A stretch of 64,000 nucleotides of DNA from a virus (lineage: Duplodnaviria > Heunggongvirae > Uroviricota > Caudoviricetes): positions 10,845 through 74,844 of the IMG/VR virus record IMGVR_UViG_3300042691_029887. The stretch is one strand, 5' to 3'. Every line of letters begins with the position of its first letter. The stretch's first letter is position 1. The position numbers were made by a program, and so were the translations under genes. The notes below the pieces were generated by a model. That model saw only the letters and a program-made list of their open reading frames with translations. It searched no databases and was not told the DNA's origin. This document shows positions 50,242-60,431 of the stretch, piece after piece.

Positions 50242-50943
50242 ATGAAAATTATAAAAACTATTGCACCCATCCCTATCGATGAATTAAAACAATTTTTCGT
50301 AGACAAAGATATAAAATTTGTAATTGATTATAAAAATAGTAAATTACAAGGAAGCAAACTTCTTATATATCTAAGTAATTTAGACATTCCCTGTGATATC
50401 GACATTGACGATGATCAAAATGCTGCATTTGAATTGTTAACTGAATATCTAAACAGTCACTTTTTAGTAAGCATTGAGCTCTTAGAAAAACTTGCTTTAG
50501 AAGCAGTATTATGTTACAAAAAGATATTAGTGAATCCTAATTTTGATAAATTTGTTGAAGATAATTTAGAAATTTTAGAAAGATGGTCTGATATTTTAAA
50601 CAGTTTAGCTCTTTATAATATCTCTACAGTATCAATACCTGAACTGAAAAAACAACTTAATCAATTTGAAGTAAACAATGATGATTCATCTAAAGGAATA
50701 AATTTTGTGAATCTTCTGAAACATGAAGTTTTTTATAATTTCTTTTCTTCTTTTGATAAGAGTAAATTAAAATATTATTCCAACTTCTTTGAAAACTCTG
50801 TTTTCAAAGGAAAAAATCTCTATCATTATTGGGCTAATGAAAACAACACTATGTTTATTTTAACATGGTCTATAGCAAATCCTAACATAGATCTGGATAA
50901 GTTTGATTCAATTTTTGAAACCATTCGTCAGAAAACTCAGTAG
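50242..50943 (+). CDS. hypothetical protein
   Basis: 233 aa. Confidence 0.45.
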   Translation: MKIIKTIAPIPIDELKQFFVDKDIKFVIDYKNSKLQGSKLLIYLSNLDIPCDIDIDDDQNAAFELLTEYLNSHFLVSIELLEKLALEAVLCYKKILVNPNFDKFVEDNLEILERWSDILNSLALYNISTVSIPELKKQLNQFEVNNDDSSKGINFVNLLKHEVFYNFFSSFDKSKLKYYSNFFENSVFKGKNLYHYWANENNTMFILTWSIANPNIDLDKFDSIFETIRQKTQ

Positions 50944-51547
50944 TTTTGTAATCACTAAACCAAGGACCTCCTAAGGTCCAATGAACTATTTTAGCATTTT
51001 TATTTGGACTATTAATTCCTACTAAATGATTCCACTCTGGTGGAATTTCTCCGATATCGCTATCATTTAACCATTTAAATTGATGTAGTTCTAAACCACT
51101 AGCGGTATTAATATAATCTAGAGTAAGGTTTCTACATTTATTATTGTTGAAGAGAATTAAACTACTCCAATTTTTTCTATCATAATAAGTCTGATAGTTG
51201 CCATTAAACTTTACATTATCTTTATATTGACATTTGTGTTTTACTACCATAGCAGAATACTGATCGTCATTTAAAGAAAATAATTCAAATATATCTGCTC
51301 TACACAACATATCAGAATCCATATATAAACTCCAACCTGAATAATCTGATAGATAAGGAACTAGCCACCTAGTAAATGCAGAATCAGTTGTTTGCAGTTT
51401 ATCTCTTTTTCTATATAATATATCATTGAGATCAGTTAGATTTAATAATGATATCTGTAAGTCTTTGGACGAGTTATTAATTATAGAATCAATCTGTATT
51501 CTAATATTTTTTTCGAATTGTTTATCATATCCTATAAAAATTTTCAT
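50882..51547 (-). CDS. GT-A fold glycosyltransferase (GT8-like, DxD motif)
   Basis: 221 aa; FTRWLVPYL...GWSLYMDSDML resembles the GT8 RL.IP.LL...YLDADII block. Confidence 0.5.
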   Translation of the reverse strand: MKIFIGYDKQFEKNIRIQIDSIINNSSKDLQISLLNLTDLNDILYRKRDKLQTTDSAFTRWLVPYLSDYSGWSLYMDSDMLCRADIFELFSLNDDQYSAMVVKHKCQYKDNVKFNGNYQTYYDRKNWSSLILFNNNKCRNLTLDYINTASGLELHQFKWLNDSDIGEIPPEWNHLVGINSPNKNAKIVHWTLGGPWFSDYKTTEFSDEWFQKLNQTYPDLC

Positions 51548-52359
51548 ATCTTAATCCATATATCATTTATCTTTTTAAATTTTATCCCTTTTATCTCACA
51601 TTCTTGGTTATTAAATTTTATACATTCACTTGGTAATAATTTTTTATTAATTTTCTTCCAATGCATTGAGTCATGAAAAGTTAAAAATGGTATTTCAAAT
51701 TTATCTAATATAGTTAAAAATTTTTCTTGTGCGAACAAAAATGGTCTATTCGTTGGAGAATTGGAGGATACTATATCACCGCAGTCTGTTTTATCTGTTA
51801 AATTTAAATACATGAATCTTGGTAATTTAGTTATTTTAAATAATGACAATAGTTCAATTACGCCATTTATTTCTTTGCATTTATAATCTAAAATAAACGG
51901 ATTAGCATCGATTCTTTTATCCCATACATATAGACCTTTTAATTCTTTCTGTGGAACCAAGTATGTTGAAACTAAAAATCTTGTTGTACCTGGATGAAAA
52001 GAATAAGAATTGTTAGTTTGTAATAATTGAAATAAAGATGTTAACCCATTATTTCTAATATCTTCTATTAACCAAGACAATTTAAGAAAAAGTTTGAGAT
52101 CCTGTAAATCATCATTCCATTGATCAATGTCAGTATCTAATACAAATTTATCAAGCTCAATTAAATCTTTATTTTCTAAATTTGATATTAAGATACTTAC
52201 AGACTTGATAACGTCAAAATCGATATAAGAAAAGGCAATTTCATTTGGTATTTCAAAATATATAAGTTTTGATTTGCCTTTATTTTTAAAAAATTTTCTT
52301 ATACTAATTATGTTTTTATAAAATACATTGATTTTTAATATTAATAAATCAATATTCAT
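51544..52359 (-). CDS. hypothetical protein
   Basis: 271 aa. Confidence 0.4.
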   Translation of the reverse strand: MNIDLLILKINVFYKNIISIRKFFKNKGKSKLIYFEIPNEIAFSYIDFDVIKSVSILISNLENKDLIELDKFVLDTDIDQWNDDLQDLKLFLKLSWLIEDIRNNGLTSLFQLLQTNNSYSFHPGTTRFLVSTYLVPQKELKGLYVWDKRIDANPFILDYKCKEINGVIELLSLFKITKLPRFMYLNLTDKTDCGDIVSSNSPTNRPFLFAQEKFLTILDKFEIPFLTFHDSMHWKKINKKLLPSECIKFNNQECEIKGIKFKKINDIWIKI

Positions 52360-52365
52360 GCAATT

Positions 52366-53478
52366 TTATTCTAATTCAAAAGGAGCTAATGAAATTAAAT
52401 GTCGATTATATTTTTTCTCTATCATAAAATATTCAACTAAAAACCCTCTAATATTTTCTTTATCTCTGGCACTCCAAAATTTATTGCCTTCTAATAAAGG
52501 ATATTTGTCCCTGCTAAGAAAACTATTCATTTCGGAATCTGATAAAACTCCTCTATGGCAGATATCTATTACTTCTTCAAATCGGGCACCAATATTTTCT
52601 ACGTAAGCGTCAATGAAATTGACTTGATCTTTTAACTGTTGAACCTGAGATGCGGTTAAAGATGTTATGTCCATAGGAGTATGAATTTCACCAACGCCTC
52701 CTAAAGATCTCCAAGCATTAGTTGATTTTAATGTATGCAATTGTGGATCATCAATCATCTCAAGCATATTTTCTAAGTTATATGATCTTAGATTCATTTG
52801 CTGTTGTGCCGGTTCGTAGAGTATTGATTCTTGGACCTGTCTCCATAATTCTTTTAATCTTTCCTCGGTGTATCGATTTATCATTAAATACATCAAAGAA
52901 CGAAGTTCTTCTTTATGTGATCCATTATAAAGATAAGACCCTATTAGATATTCAATACTTCTAAATCCAGAAACTGTGGATAGCATATCTGTTTTTTCTT
53001 GTTGCGTTACAGATATACTATCAAATACAGCTTGGAATTCTGCCTTACTAAACAGGAACTCTCTATACTGATCTTGAAGACCTTTTTCTGCCCGACCACC
53101 AATCAAAATTAGTTGATTAAAATATGCTAAGATTATTTTATAAGCAGCATCAGCACTGATATTAACAAAGATAGTCTTAAACCATTTAGAAGTTATATAC
53201 ATGAATGCTTCTTGATCACAGTAAATTACTATTTTAGAATCAGTGGAGTTGTTGTAATCAAAACAAAATTGCATCATATCTGTAAATGTTGGATAAACTC
53301 CATCAGATTTTATGATGTCATCAACGTTTTCCCCATAAGCAAACAGTCTACCAGAAAAAATATGAACAGCATTGTTGAGTATCTGAAATCCGTGATCCTT
53401 AGATATCACGATTCTGTCTAGATTTTTGTTGATAAATGAATCTATGCTTAGATAAGTCTTTTTAAATAAATGAAACAT
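52366..53478 (-). CDS. hypothetical protein
   Basis: 370 aa. Confidence 0.45.
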   Translation of the reverse strand: MFHLFKKTYLSIDSFINKNLDRIVISKDHGFQILNNAVHIFSGRLFAYGENVDDIIKSDGVYPTFTDMMQFCFDYNNSTDSKIVIYCDQEAFMYITSKWFKTIFVNISADAAYKIILAYFNQLILIGGRAEKGLQDQYREFLFSKAEFQAVFDSISVTQQEKTDMLSTVSGFRSIEYLIGSYLYNGSHKEELRSLMYLMINRYTEERLKELWRQVQESILYEPAQQQMNLRSYNLENMLEMIDDPQLHTLKSTNAWRSLGGVGEIHTPMDITSLTASQVQQLKDQVNFIDAYVENIGARFEEVIDICHRGVLSDSEMNSFLSRDKYPLLEGNKFWSARDKENIRGFLVEYFMIEKKYNRHLISLAPFELE

Positions 53479-53524
53479 TGGGGTCTCCGTATCCTATTGT
53501 AGTGTATTTATTACTTGAGATTCG

Positions 53525-54217
53525 TCAGTATTTGTTTGTAGTTAAGTGGTTTTTTCCGATTTGGTCCAGTAACCATAACATGCTCTCAAAATTATCGTTT
53601 TCTGCTGACTTTGTCATGGATTTCTCCATACATTCGATTTTTTCGCAGAAAATGTTCAAAGTTACTCTGGGTTCCCCATTAGTATTTTTCCATGTGTGCC
53701 ACGTTTCGTCATTGTTCCCATTTGGGCAAATTATTAAAGCTCTGTTTGGTTTCCATTCTATTTCTTTATGAAAATCAGATTCTTGTTGCCCTGTATATAA
53801 TCTAGTTCCTCGCTCAATTTCGGGTTCCAAATATATTACAATCAGCAAAACTTTATGACTGCTTTCTGAATGTATAGGATACATAAAATTTTTACCGCTT
53901 ACACCAAATTTTGGTAAAGAATAATAGCCGTGTAAAGATTTATTAGTAGTCGAGAATCCTGCTAGTATATCATCAATATTGTCTAAAATTTGATCTGTAA
54001 AATTGATTATACTGTCGACACAGTCCTGCTTTACCCCTAAAGTTAATGCTTCATTAATCCAGATGGGATTAGTTTTGCCATCGATGGTATATTTGGTCAG
54101 AAACTTCGCTGCTTCCTGAACTTTTTTAAAAACTTGGTCAGGCAATATATCGTCTACTACTTTATGTTCCCAAGGGTCGAGCAATATCGGTGAATTTATA
54201 ATTTTATCTATCGTCAT
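53525..54217 (-). CDS. 2OG-Fe(II) oxygenase-like protein, paralog 2 of 3
   Basis: 230 aa; IHSESSHKVLLIVIYLEPEIERGTRLY...WKPNRALIICP...TWHTW. Confidence 0.45.
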   Translation of the reverse strand: MTIDKIINSPILLDPWEHKVVDDILPDQVFKKVQEAAKFLTKYTIDGKTNPIWINEALTLGVKQDCVDSIINFTDQILDNIDDILAGFSTTNKSLHGYYSLPKFGVSGKNFMYPIHSESSHKVLLIVIYLEPEIERGTRLYTGQQESDFHKEIEWKPNRALIICPNGNNDETWHTWKNTNGEPRVTLNIFCEKIECMEKSMTKSAENDNFESMLWLLDQIGKNHLTTNKY

Positions 54218-54965
54218 AAATTGATAGAACCTTTCCCTCTAAAAATTGATTGTAAAACCAATTGATTTTTTCTATTCCTAAATTATTAATGTATTGCATA
54301 TTTTCCATTTTTTCATAATAAAAATTTAATGTTAGTCTAGATTGATGATCAGAATGAAAACTGTGCCAAGTTATACCTGGCTGACTGCACATTATAAATG
54401 CTCTATTAGGCTTCCATTCGACTTCTTTTACGAACGAATTATAATTTTCTTCAGTATAAAGCCTAGTTCCAATAGTTTTTTCAGGAGAAAGATACATAAC
54501 CATGGCTATGGTTTTGTTATTGCCTTCATCATGTATTGTCCCATCAACATTTGGACCAATGAAATTATATCTAGGAATACTAAAATATCCTATTTTACTA
54601 TTCATGGCATTTTGATATCTAGCCAAAACTTTGTTATGATTTTGTAAAAATTGTAAATTCAAATCCATAATTAAATTTATAGTGTCATTAGGAACACCAT
54701 ATTTGGCAGCATCGTGCATCCATATACCATTGGGATCACGTGGCTCTTGAGCGGCTGCTTCTGCTAAAATTTTTCCTCCTTCTAATATTTTATCATAAGA
54801 TTCTTTGGTTAAAATATTATCAACTAACTGATATTGCCAGGGGTTAGTAATGATAGGGGATTCTAATATGTTTTCTATATTAAGCATTGAATTTTTTTTT
54901 GGGCTTAGAAAATTATTTATGATAAATTTTAAGATAAATATGCTGTTAATGGATATTATATACAA
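54204..54965 (-). CDS. 2OG-Fe(II) oxygenase-like protein, paralog 3 of 3
   Basis: 253 aa; IHDEGNNKTIAMVMYLSPEKTIGTRLY...WKPNRAFIMCSQPGITWHSF. Confidence 0.45.
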   Translation of the reverse strand: MYIISINSIFILKFIINNFLSPKKNSMLNIENILESPIITNPWQYQLVDNILTKESYDKILEGGKILAEAAAQEPRDPNGIWMHDAAKYGVPNDTINLIMDLNLQFLQNHNKVLARYQNAMNSKIGYFSIPRYNFIGPNVDGTIHDEGNNKTIAMVMYLSPEKTIGTRLYTEENYNSFVKEVEWKPNRAFIMCSQPGITWHSFHSDHQSRLTLNFYYEKMENMQYINNLGIEKINWFYNQFLEGKVLSIYDDR

Positions 54966-56029
54966 TGAAAGATGAAGAGTTATACAATGTATTGATAGGC
55001 AATCAAAAACAAAATGAACAAGGTGAACTCATTGTAATTCTTTTTGAATTTTGTAATTTATCTTGTCAAGCCTGTTATCAAGACCACAGTAGTATGGCAG
55101 GGGTTGATAGCGTCCAAGAAAAATTTGATATTATTGCTCACGCATTAGATGTATTAAAAGGTAGGGGAAAAACTTCTGTAGCAGTAAACATTATGGGCGG
55201 CGAGCTCTTTGCGGACGAACTACCTGATACTATTTTCGATGATTATACTATCTTAGTGAATAGATTACGTGATTATAGTGAAAAAATAAATCTTCCTTCA
55301 AAATTTTCAGTTCCATCTAATATGATATGGACTAAAAAAGATAGAGTTAAAAAATTCTTGAATGATGCAATGGTAAGGTTAAACGCCAGTTATGATCCAG
55401 CTGGACGTTTTAATCCTAAAACTTTATCTATGTTTATCGATAATGTTAAAGAATTTAAACCTTACATCAATCAAATCGGTATAGTAATGACGAGGCCGAG
55501 TATTAAAAAGTTCATGAATTATTCTGCTAATCATTTTGATTTTTTATACGAAAATTTTGAAATAAATTTTGATCATTATACGCACAGTCAAAGAGCTAGT
55601 GTTGACCCAGAATTATTAATGCCTAAAGATACAGAACTTAGAGATTTTTACAAATTTATGATTGACCATTATCCTAATTGTTATCCATTTTGTGAAACAA
55701 TGGACAGCGGATCTCAACCAATGTTCTGTATGAGAACAATGTATGTCTTTCCTGACTCTACTTTTGGTTCGTGTGGAAGTGTTGAAAAATTAATTAATCC
55801 TTTATCAAAAATAGAAGATAAAAAAGTCATTCGTATAATCAATACCACTGACAGTCCCTTAGAAAAAACTATCGAAGCAAAATGGTATAAAGAATATGAT
55901 TGTTTAAATTGTGATCATCTTCAAAGATGCTCTATGAGTTGTTTTTTAAATAATCATTTTTATAATACTAGAACACAGGAAGAATGTTGGCTCAAAGAAG
56001 TTTATCAATATGTTGACAGTAAAAAATGA
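54965..56029 (+). CDS. radical SAM enzyme (rSAM-2)
   Basis: 354 aa; CNLSCQAC Cx3Cx2C motif; additional C-terminal Cys (CLNCDHLQRCSMSC). Confidence 0.7.
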   Translation: MKDEELYNVLIGNQKQNEQGELIVILFEFCNLSCQACYQDHSSMAGVDSVQEKFDIIAHALDVLKGRGKTSVAVNIMGGELFADELPDTIFDDYTILVNRLRDYSEKINLPSKFSVPSNMIWTKKDRVKKFLNDAMVRLNASYDPAGRFNPKTLSMFIDNVKEFKPYINQIGIVMTRPSIKKFMNYSANHFDFLYENFEINFDHYTHSQRASVDPELLMPKDTELRDFYKFMIDHYPNCYPFCETMDSGSQPMFCMRTMYVFPDSTFGSCGSVEKLINPLSKIEDKKVIRIINTTDSPLEKTIEAKWYKEYDCLNCDHLQRCSMSCFLNNHFYNTRTQEECWLKEVYQYVDSKK

Positions 56030-57645
56030 TAAAAATAGCGTTTATAAATCCGCCTCACGCTGATTGGATAACACCAAATTTAGCCACTTGGTTTTATATG
56101 AAGAGTCATTACGATAGAGTTGGCAAATATAAAAATCAAGTTCAATGGTTAACTCCTCCTTATCGATATAATCAGTATCAGAGTACTGAAGAAATATATG
56201 AGGAAATAAAAGAAGCTGATATTATAATTTTTAGTTCTTATTTTTGGAATTACGATATCTGTGATGAGATCGCAGCATTAGTAAAAACTAAAGATAAAGA
56301 TAAAATAAATTTAATAGGCGGACCGCATATTGGAATAATTGATGGATCATTTGATAAAAGAAAACATCTTTATGATTATTATTGTCAGCCAACTAAACCA
56401 GGTGAAGTGTTTATAGAAGATTTTATAAATTTGTTTATAGAATCTAAATCAAAACCAGATCCAGAATTAGTATCCTGGGAAATAAGATGTGTTTCTGGAA
56501 GAAAGCATGATTTTTCAGGCATTGCTATATACGAAGAAAATTTTAATATCCTAAAAGAAATATGTGATTATGCAAATCAATATGATTTAGAAAAATTTTC
56601 AGTAATAGAAACGACAAGAGGATGTCCATATCAGTGTACTTTCTGCGAGTGGGGTGGCGGGATAGGCACGAAGGTAATAAAACAAGAATTAGAAATAGTT
56701 AAACGAGACTTATTGGCTTTAAAAAAAGCAGGATATAAAAATGTTTTTTTAACTGATGCTAACTTTGGAATGTTTGAGGATAGAGATTTAGAAATTTTTA
56801 AATTTGCTTGGGAAAACGATATAAAACTAACTGACCTTAGCACAGTGAAAGTAAAAAATTTAGAAAGAAGAATAAGACTTATTGATGCTTGTTTTGAAAT
56901 CATGGGCAAAAATAAATCAGAATCTGGATACCCTACTCTAAGTATACAGACTTCAAGCGACGAAGCTATAAAGATCGCCAAACGAACCGACTTATCGTTT
57001 GATGATAAAATCAAATTATCAGAGCATATTTTTAAAAGATTTAAAGAAGGATATATTACTACTCCTACATTAGAATTAATTATGGGAATGCCTGGTTCCA
57101 CAATAGATGATTTTTATAAAGAATTTGATATGTTGTATAATTTTCAATCTTGGAATAGTTATAGACATGACTATATGTTTTTGCCTGATGCAGAAATAAG
57201 TCGCCCGGAATATTTAAAAAAGTACGGTATAGAACTTGTAGAAGTTTATAGTGATTTAATAGATGAAGATTCAGTTGATAACTTTAACAGTTTTTATGGT
57301 AAAAGAAAAAGTTATTTTAAAACAATCTCACAATGTTTTTCTTTCACTAATGACGAGATATGTGAGATGTTTTTTATGAATCAAGCAGGAAATTGGATTT
57401 TAAAAGAAGTGTATTATTCAGGTTTTGAAAGTCTATTTTCTCCTTCAGAATTTACAAAAAAAAGTTATCAAATATTAAAAAAGTTAGACGGCTTCTCAGA
57501 AATATACAGCGACATAAAAGAAATTTACAACGTAGATAGTGAACCAAAAAATATTAAAAGAATTTTAAATGGAAAACGAAATGAAGTTATAGTAAATTTT
57601 TTAAAAAATAATAAAATATTTTTAACGAATGAAATGTTTAGATAA
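56026..57645 (+). CDS. B12-binding-domain radical SAM enzyme (class B-like; rSAM-3)
   Basis: 539 aa; N-terminal Rossmann-like cobalamin-binding region; TTRGCPYQCTFCEWG radical-SAM core. Confidence 0.7.
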   Translation: MIKIAFINPPHADWITPNLATWFYMKSHYDRVGKYKNQVQWLTPPYRYNQYQSTEEIYEEIKEADIIIFSSYFWNYDICDEIAALVKTKDKDKINLIGGPHIGIIDGSFDKRKHLYDYYCQPTKPGEVFIEDFINLFIESKSKPDPELVSWEIRCVSGRKHDFSGIAIYEENFNILKEICDYANQYDLEKFSVIETTRGCPYQCTFCEWGGGIGTKVIKQELEIVKRDLLALKKAGYKNVFLTDANFGMFEDRDLEIFKFAWENDIKLTDLSTVKVKNLERRIRLIDACFEIMGKNKSESGYPTLSIQTSSDEAIKIAKRTDLSFDDKIKLSEHIFKRFKEGYITTPTLELIMGMPGSTIDDFYKEFDMLYNFQSWNSYRHDYMFLPDAEISRPEYLKKYGIELVEVYSDLIDEDSVDNFNSFYGKRKSYFKTISQCFSFTNDEICEMFFMNQAGNWILKEVYYSGFESLFSPSEFTKKSYQILKKLDGFSEIYSDIKEIYNVDSEPKNIKRILNGKRNEVIVNFLKNNKIFLTNEMFR

Positions 57646-58715
57646 TGGAACTAATAATTAAGCCTACTGAGCTCTGTAATTTTAAATGTACATTTTGTTC
57701 AAGTACATATATCACTGAGGAAAAATCTAAAACATTAGATTTAGAATATATTTTTAAATTTCTAAAAAGATTTCCTGAAACAAACTCTATTATTGTAAAT
57801 GGCGGTGATCCCTTAATGGTTCCAACAGAATATTATTGGGAAATAATTAAGCACTTAGATGAAAATAATTTACCAGCTAATTTAAGTTTCACTAGCAATC
57901 TTTGGCCGTTCTATAAAAATCCAGATAAATGGACAGAGTTGTTTAATCATCCTAGGATGGGAGTCACTACAAGTTTTCAATACGGTGGCGGAAGATTAAA
58001 AGGTGATCTTACTGAATTTAGTGAAGAAGATTTTTGGGCTGTCAGTAATATGATGTTAGATAAAGTAGGATACCGACCAGACTTTATTGCAGTTATCACG
58101 GAAGAAAATGAACATTTAGCTATCAACAACGTAGAGCTTGCTAAACGTATGGGTGTTGAATGTAAACTCAATTATGCATTTAGTAGCGGTCCGCCTATTA
58201 AATTTAAAAATATTACCATGGGACAGGAAGGGCGTCCATATATGTTGGCCAAGATATACGAAATATATGTTCGTATCTGGGAACTGGGACTTGCTGAATG
58301 GGAATACAACACCAAACAAATGATTGGAAGATTAAAAAATAAAAGTACCACATGTCCGCAAAATAGAAAATGTGACGAAGGAATTAGAACTCTTCAACCC
58401 AGTGGAGATTATTATAGTTGCGGAGCATTTGGAGATGACAGAGTTTATTCTATCAATTTTCAAGAAGAGATGTCAGGTAAAAAAATATTTCCCATTCGAT
58501 ATCAACCAGAGTTACAAAGTTTAAAACAAAGTTGTTATACTTGTCCTATGTTTGAAATTTGCAATGGTTGTCGTAAAACTATTAAGGATCTCAAAGATCA
58601 TAATATGGTAGAAACACATTGTTTTAAAATGAAACAATTAGCTCCTAAAATTATAGAAGCCAATGGACTCAATAAAATATTAACTCCCACTGAGTACGTT
58701 CGAGAATATGCATGA
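57645..58715 (+). CDS. radical SAM enzyme with SPASM-like C-terminal Cys cluster (rSAM-4)
   Basis: 356 aa; CNFKCTFC; C-terminal CPQNRKCDEG...CGAFGDD...CYTCPMFEICNGC. Confidence 0.72.
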   Translation: MELIIKPTELCNFKCTFCSSTYITEEKSKTLDLEYIFKFLKRFPETNSIIVNGGDPLMVPTEYYWEIIKHLDENNLPANLSFTSNLWPFYKNPDKWTELFNHPRMGVTTSFQYGGGRLKGDLTEFSEEDFWAVSNMMLDKVGYRPDFIAVITEENEHLAINNVELAKRMGVECKLNYAFSSGPPIKFKNITMGQEGRPYMLAKIYEIYVRIWELGLAEWEYNTKQMIGRLKNKSTTCPQNRKCDEGIRTLQPSGDYYSCGAFGDDRVYSINFQEEMSGKKIFPIRYQPELQSLKQSCYTCPMFEICNGCRKTIKDLKDHNMVETHCFKMKQLAPKIIEANGLNKILTPTEYVREYA

Positions 58716-59620
58716 TAGTTTCTATTAATCCAACCTACTACTGCAATTTTAGATGTGATTTTTGTTATCTAACAGAACAACAACTAAGTGACCGAACATT
58801 ATTACCGTTAACTGTTTTAGAATCACGAATTAAGGAAATACAAGAAATTGATGAAATACAAATGATAGATTTGTATGGAGGTGAAGTAGGATTACTTCCA
58901 GAAACATATGTCAATGAACTTTGTTCTTTATTAAAGAATAATGGAATAGATGATATTAACATCATAACTAATTTGAGTATGGTAAATCAAGTTATAAGAA
59001 ACCCAGACTTTTATCTTACTGTAAGTTATGACTTTGATTGTAGGGAACAGAGTGAGCGTGTTTGGACTAACATGGCATTGTTAGATAGAGAATTTTCGAT
59101 ATTAATTTTAGCCAGTGATTGTTTGATTAAGAAAGATATTGATTTAATGATTAATCAATTAAATTTGTTAGGAAATCTTCAATCTGTAGAAATAAAACCA
59201 TATAGTACTAATCAAGCTAATTGTCATAATGTAAGTAATCTAGATTTTGAAAATTTTGTTAAAGGCTGGATACAGAGTACTATTAAGAAAAAATTTGAGT
59301 TTGTAAATGAAACCAATATTAATAAAACGTTAAATTATAAAAGAAATGCCTTTAGTAATGACCATGTTTATATAACCCCAAGCGGTGAATTTGCTGTACT
59401 GGAATTTGATCTTAACGACAATGAATATTTTAAATTAGTTAATTCTTATAAAGAATATAAAGACTGGGCAGATAATGAACCGTTAAAAAATGTTAGCAAT
59501 GTCTGCAAGTCTTGTACTTATTATGGTAGATGCTTGACAGAGCATTACAGATATGTTAAAAATTTAGATTACAGTTGTAATGGATTTAAAGGATTGATAG
59601 ATTGGTATGCAACTAGATAA
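58712..59620 (+). CDS. radical SAM enzyme (rSAM-5)
   Basis: 302 aa; CNFRCDFC; C-terminal CKSCTYYGRC. Confidence 0.68.
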   Translation: MIVSINPTYYCNFRCDFCYLTEQQLSDRTLLPLTVLESRIKEIQEIDEIQMIDLYGGEVGLLPETYVNELCSLLKNNGIDDINIITNLSMVNQVIRNPDFYLTVSYDFDCREQSERVWTNMALLDREFSILILASDCLIKKDIDLMINQLNLLGNLQSVEIKPYSTNQANCHNVSNLDFENFVKGWIQSTIKKKFEFVNETNINKTLNYKRNAFSNDHVYITPSGEFAVLEFDLNDNEYFKLVNSYKEYKDWADNEPLKNVSNVCKSCTYYGRCLTEHYRYVKNLDYSCNGFKGLIDWYATR

Positions 59621-60023
59621 CTTTTTCATTGATGGATATGTTTTATTAGAAGAATCAAATCTTCATGAAAAAACAGATATGCTTCAGTATCTTGAAGAAA
59701 AATACCTATCAATATTATTTCCAAAATGGAAATTAATAGGGTGTGAATACTCTGAATCAGTACTACCTGAAGACAGAATTACCTTTTGGCATAACGATTC
59801 TAAATTTGGTATGAATGTAACATTTTTATATTACATTGACGAAATGTCGCCAGAAGTAGGCGGATCAATATCTATTAGAAATGGATTCGATGAAATAAAA
59901 ATATATCCTAAATCTGGAACATTAATTTTGATGAGTCAAAAACCAAATATGCAACACAAGGCAGAATATTGCTCAATTCTTAGAAGAATGTATAATATAG
60001 ATTATTATATAGACGGTTACTAA
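59607..60023 (+). CDS. 2OG-Fe(II) oxygenase / cupin-like protein
   Basis: 138 aa; HxD (WHNDSK) and distal His in a beta-rich core. Confidence 0.4.
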   Translation: MQLDNFFIDGYVLLEESNLHEKTDMLQYLEEKYLSILFPKWKLIGCEYSESVLPEDRITFWHNDSKFGMNVTFLYYIDEMSPEVGGSISIRNGFDEIKIYPKSGTLILMSQKPNMQHKAEYCSILRRMYNIDYYIDGY

Positions 60024-60026
60024 AAT

Positions 60027-60431
60027 ATGAAAGAATATAAGATACGTCAGGAGATATATCATAGATTAAACAAGATCTATGATGATGACTTAAAAAATTT
60101 CCAAATAGAAATAACTGAAGACGTTGTCAAGGATGCTGTTAGGTATTTTACAACTAGAGATATAGGTTGGATTTATCCGGCAAAAAGTTATATGGTAGCA
60201 ATATGTTATGCTAAATGGCTATCTGAAGAATTTGGCGGTAGACCATTAGAATACTTAGATGATCCTGGATTACTCTATCATAACGATGATTACTTTAAAC
60301 ACTATAGCAGCGATCCAAAAACCTATGTAAAAATTTTAGAAAGTATAGGTGGGTGGAATTTTGATGAAAGCATGGGTCTTGTTCCTGATGTTAAAAAATA
60401 TTTTCTACTGGAATTTGGTGTCGAAGAATGA
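60027..60431 (+). CDS. hypothetical protein ending in the FGVEE junction motif
   Basis: 134 aa; C-terminus LEFGVEE* overlapping the next start ATGAAT, the same junction as in the 9.8-11.5 kb small-gene array. Confidence 0.45.
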   Translation: MKEYKIRQEIYHRLNKIYDDDLKNFQIEITEDVVKDAVRYFTTRDIGWIYPAKSYMVAICYAKWLSEEFGGRPLEYLDDPGLLYHNDDYFKHYSSDPKTYVKILESIGGWNFDESMGLVPDVKKYFLLEFGVEE

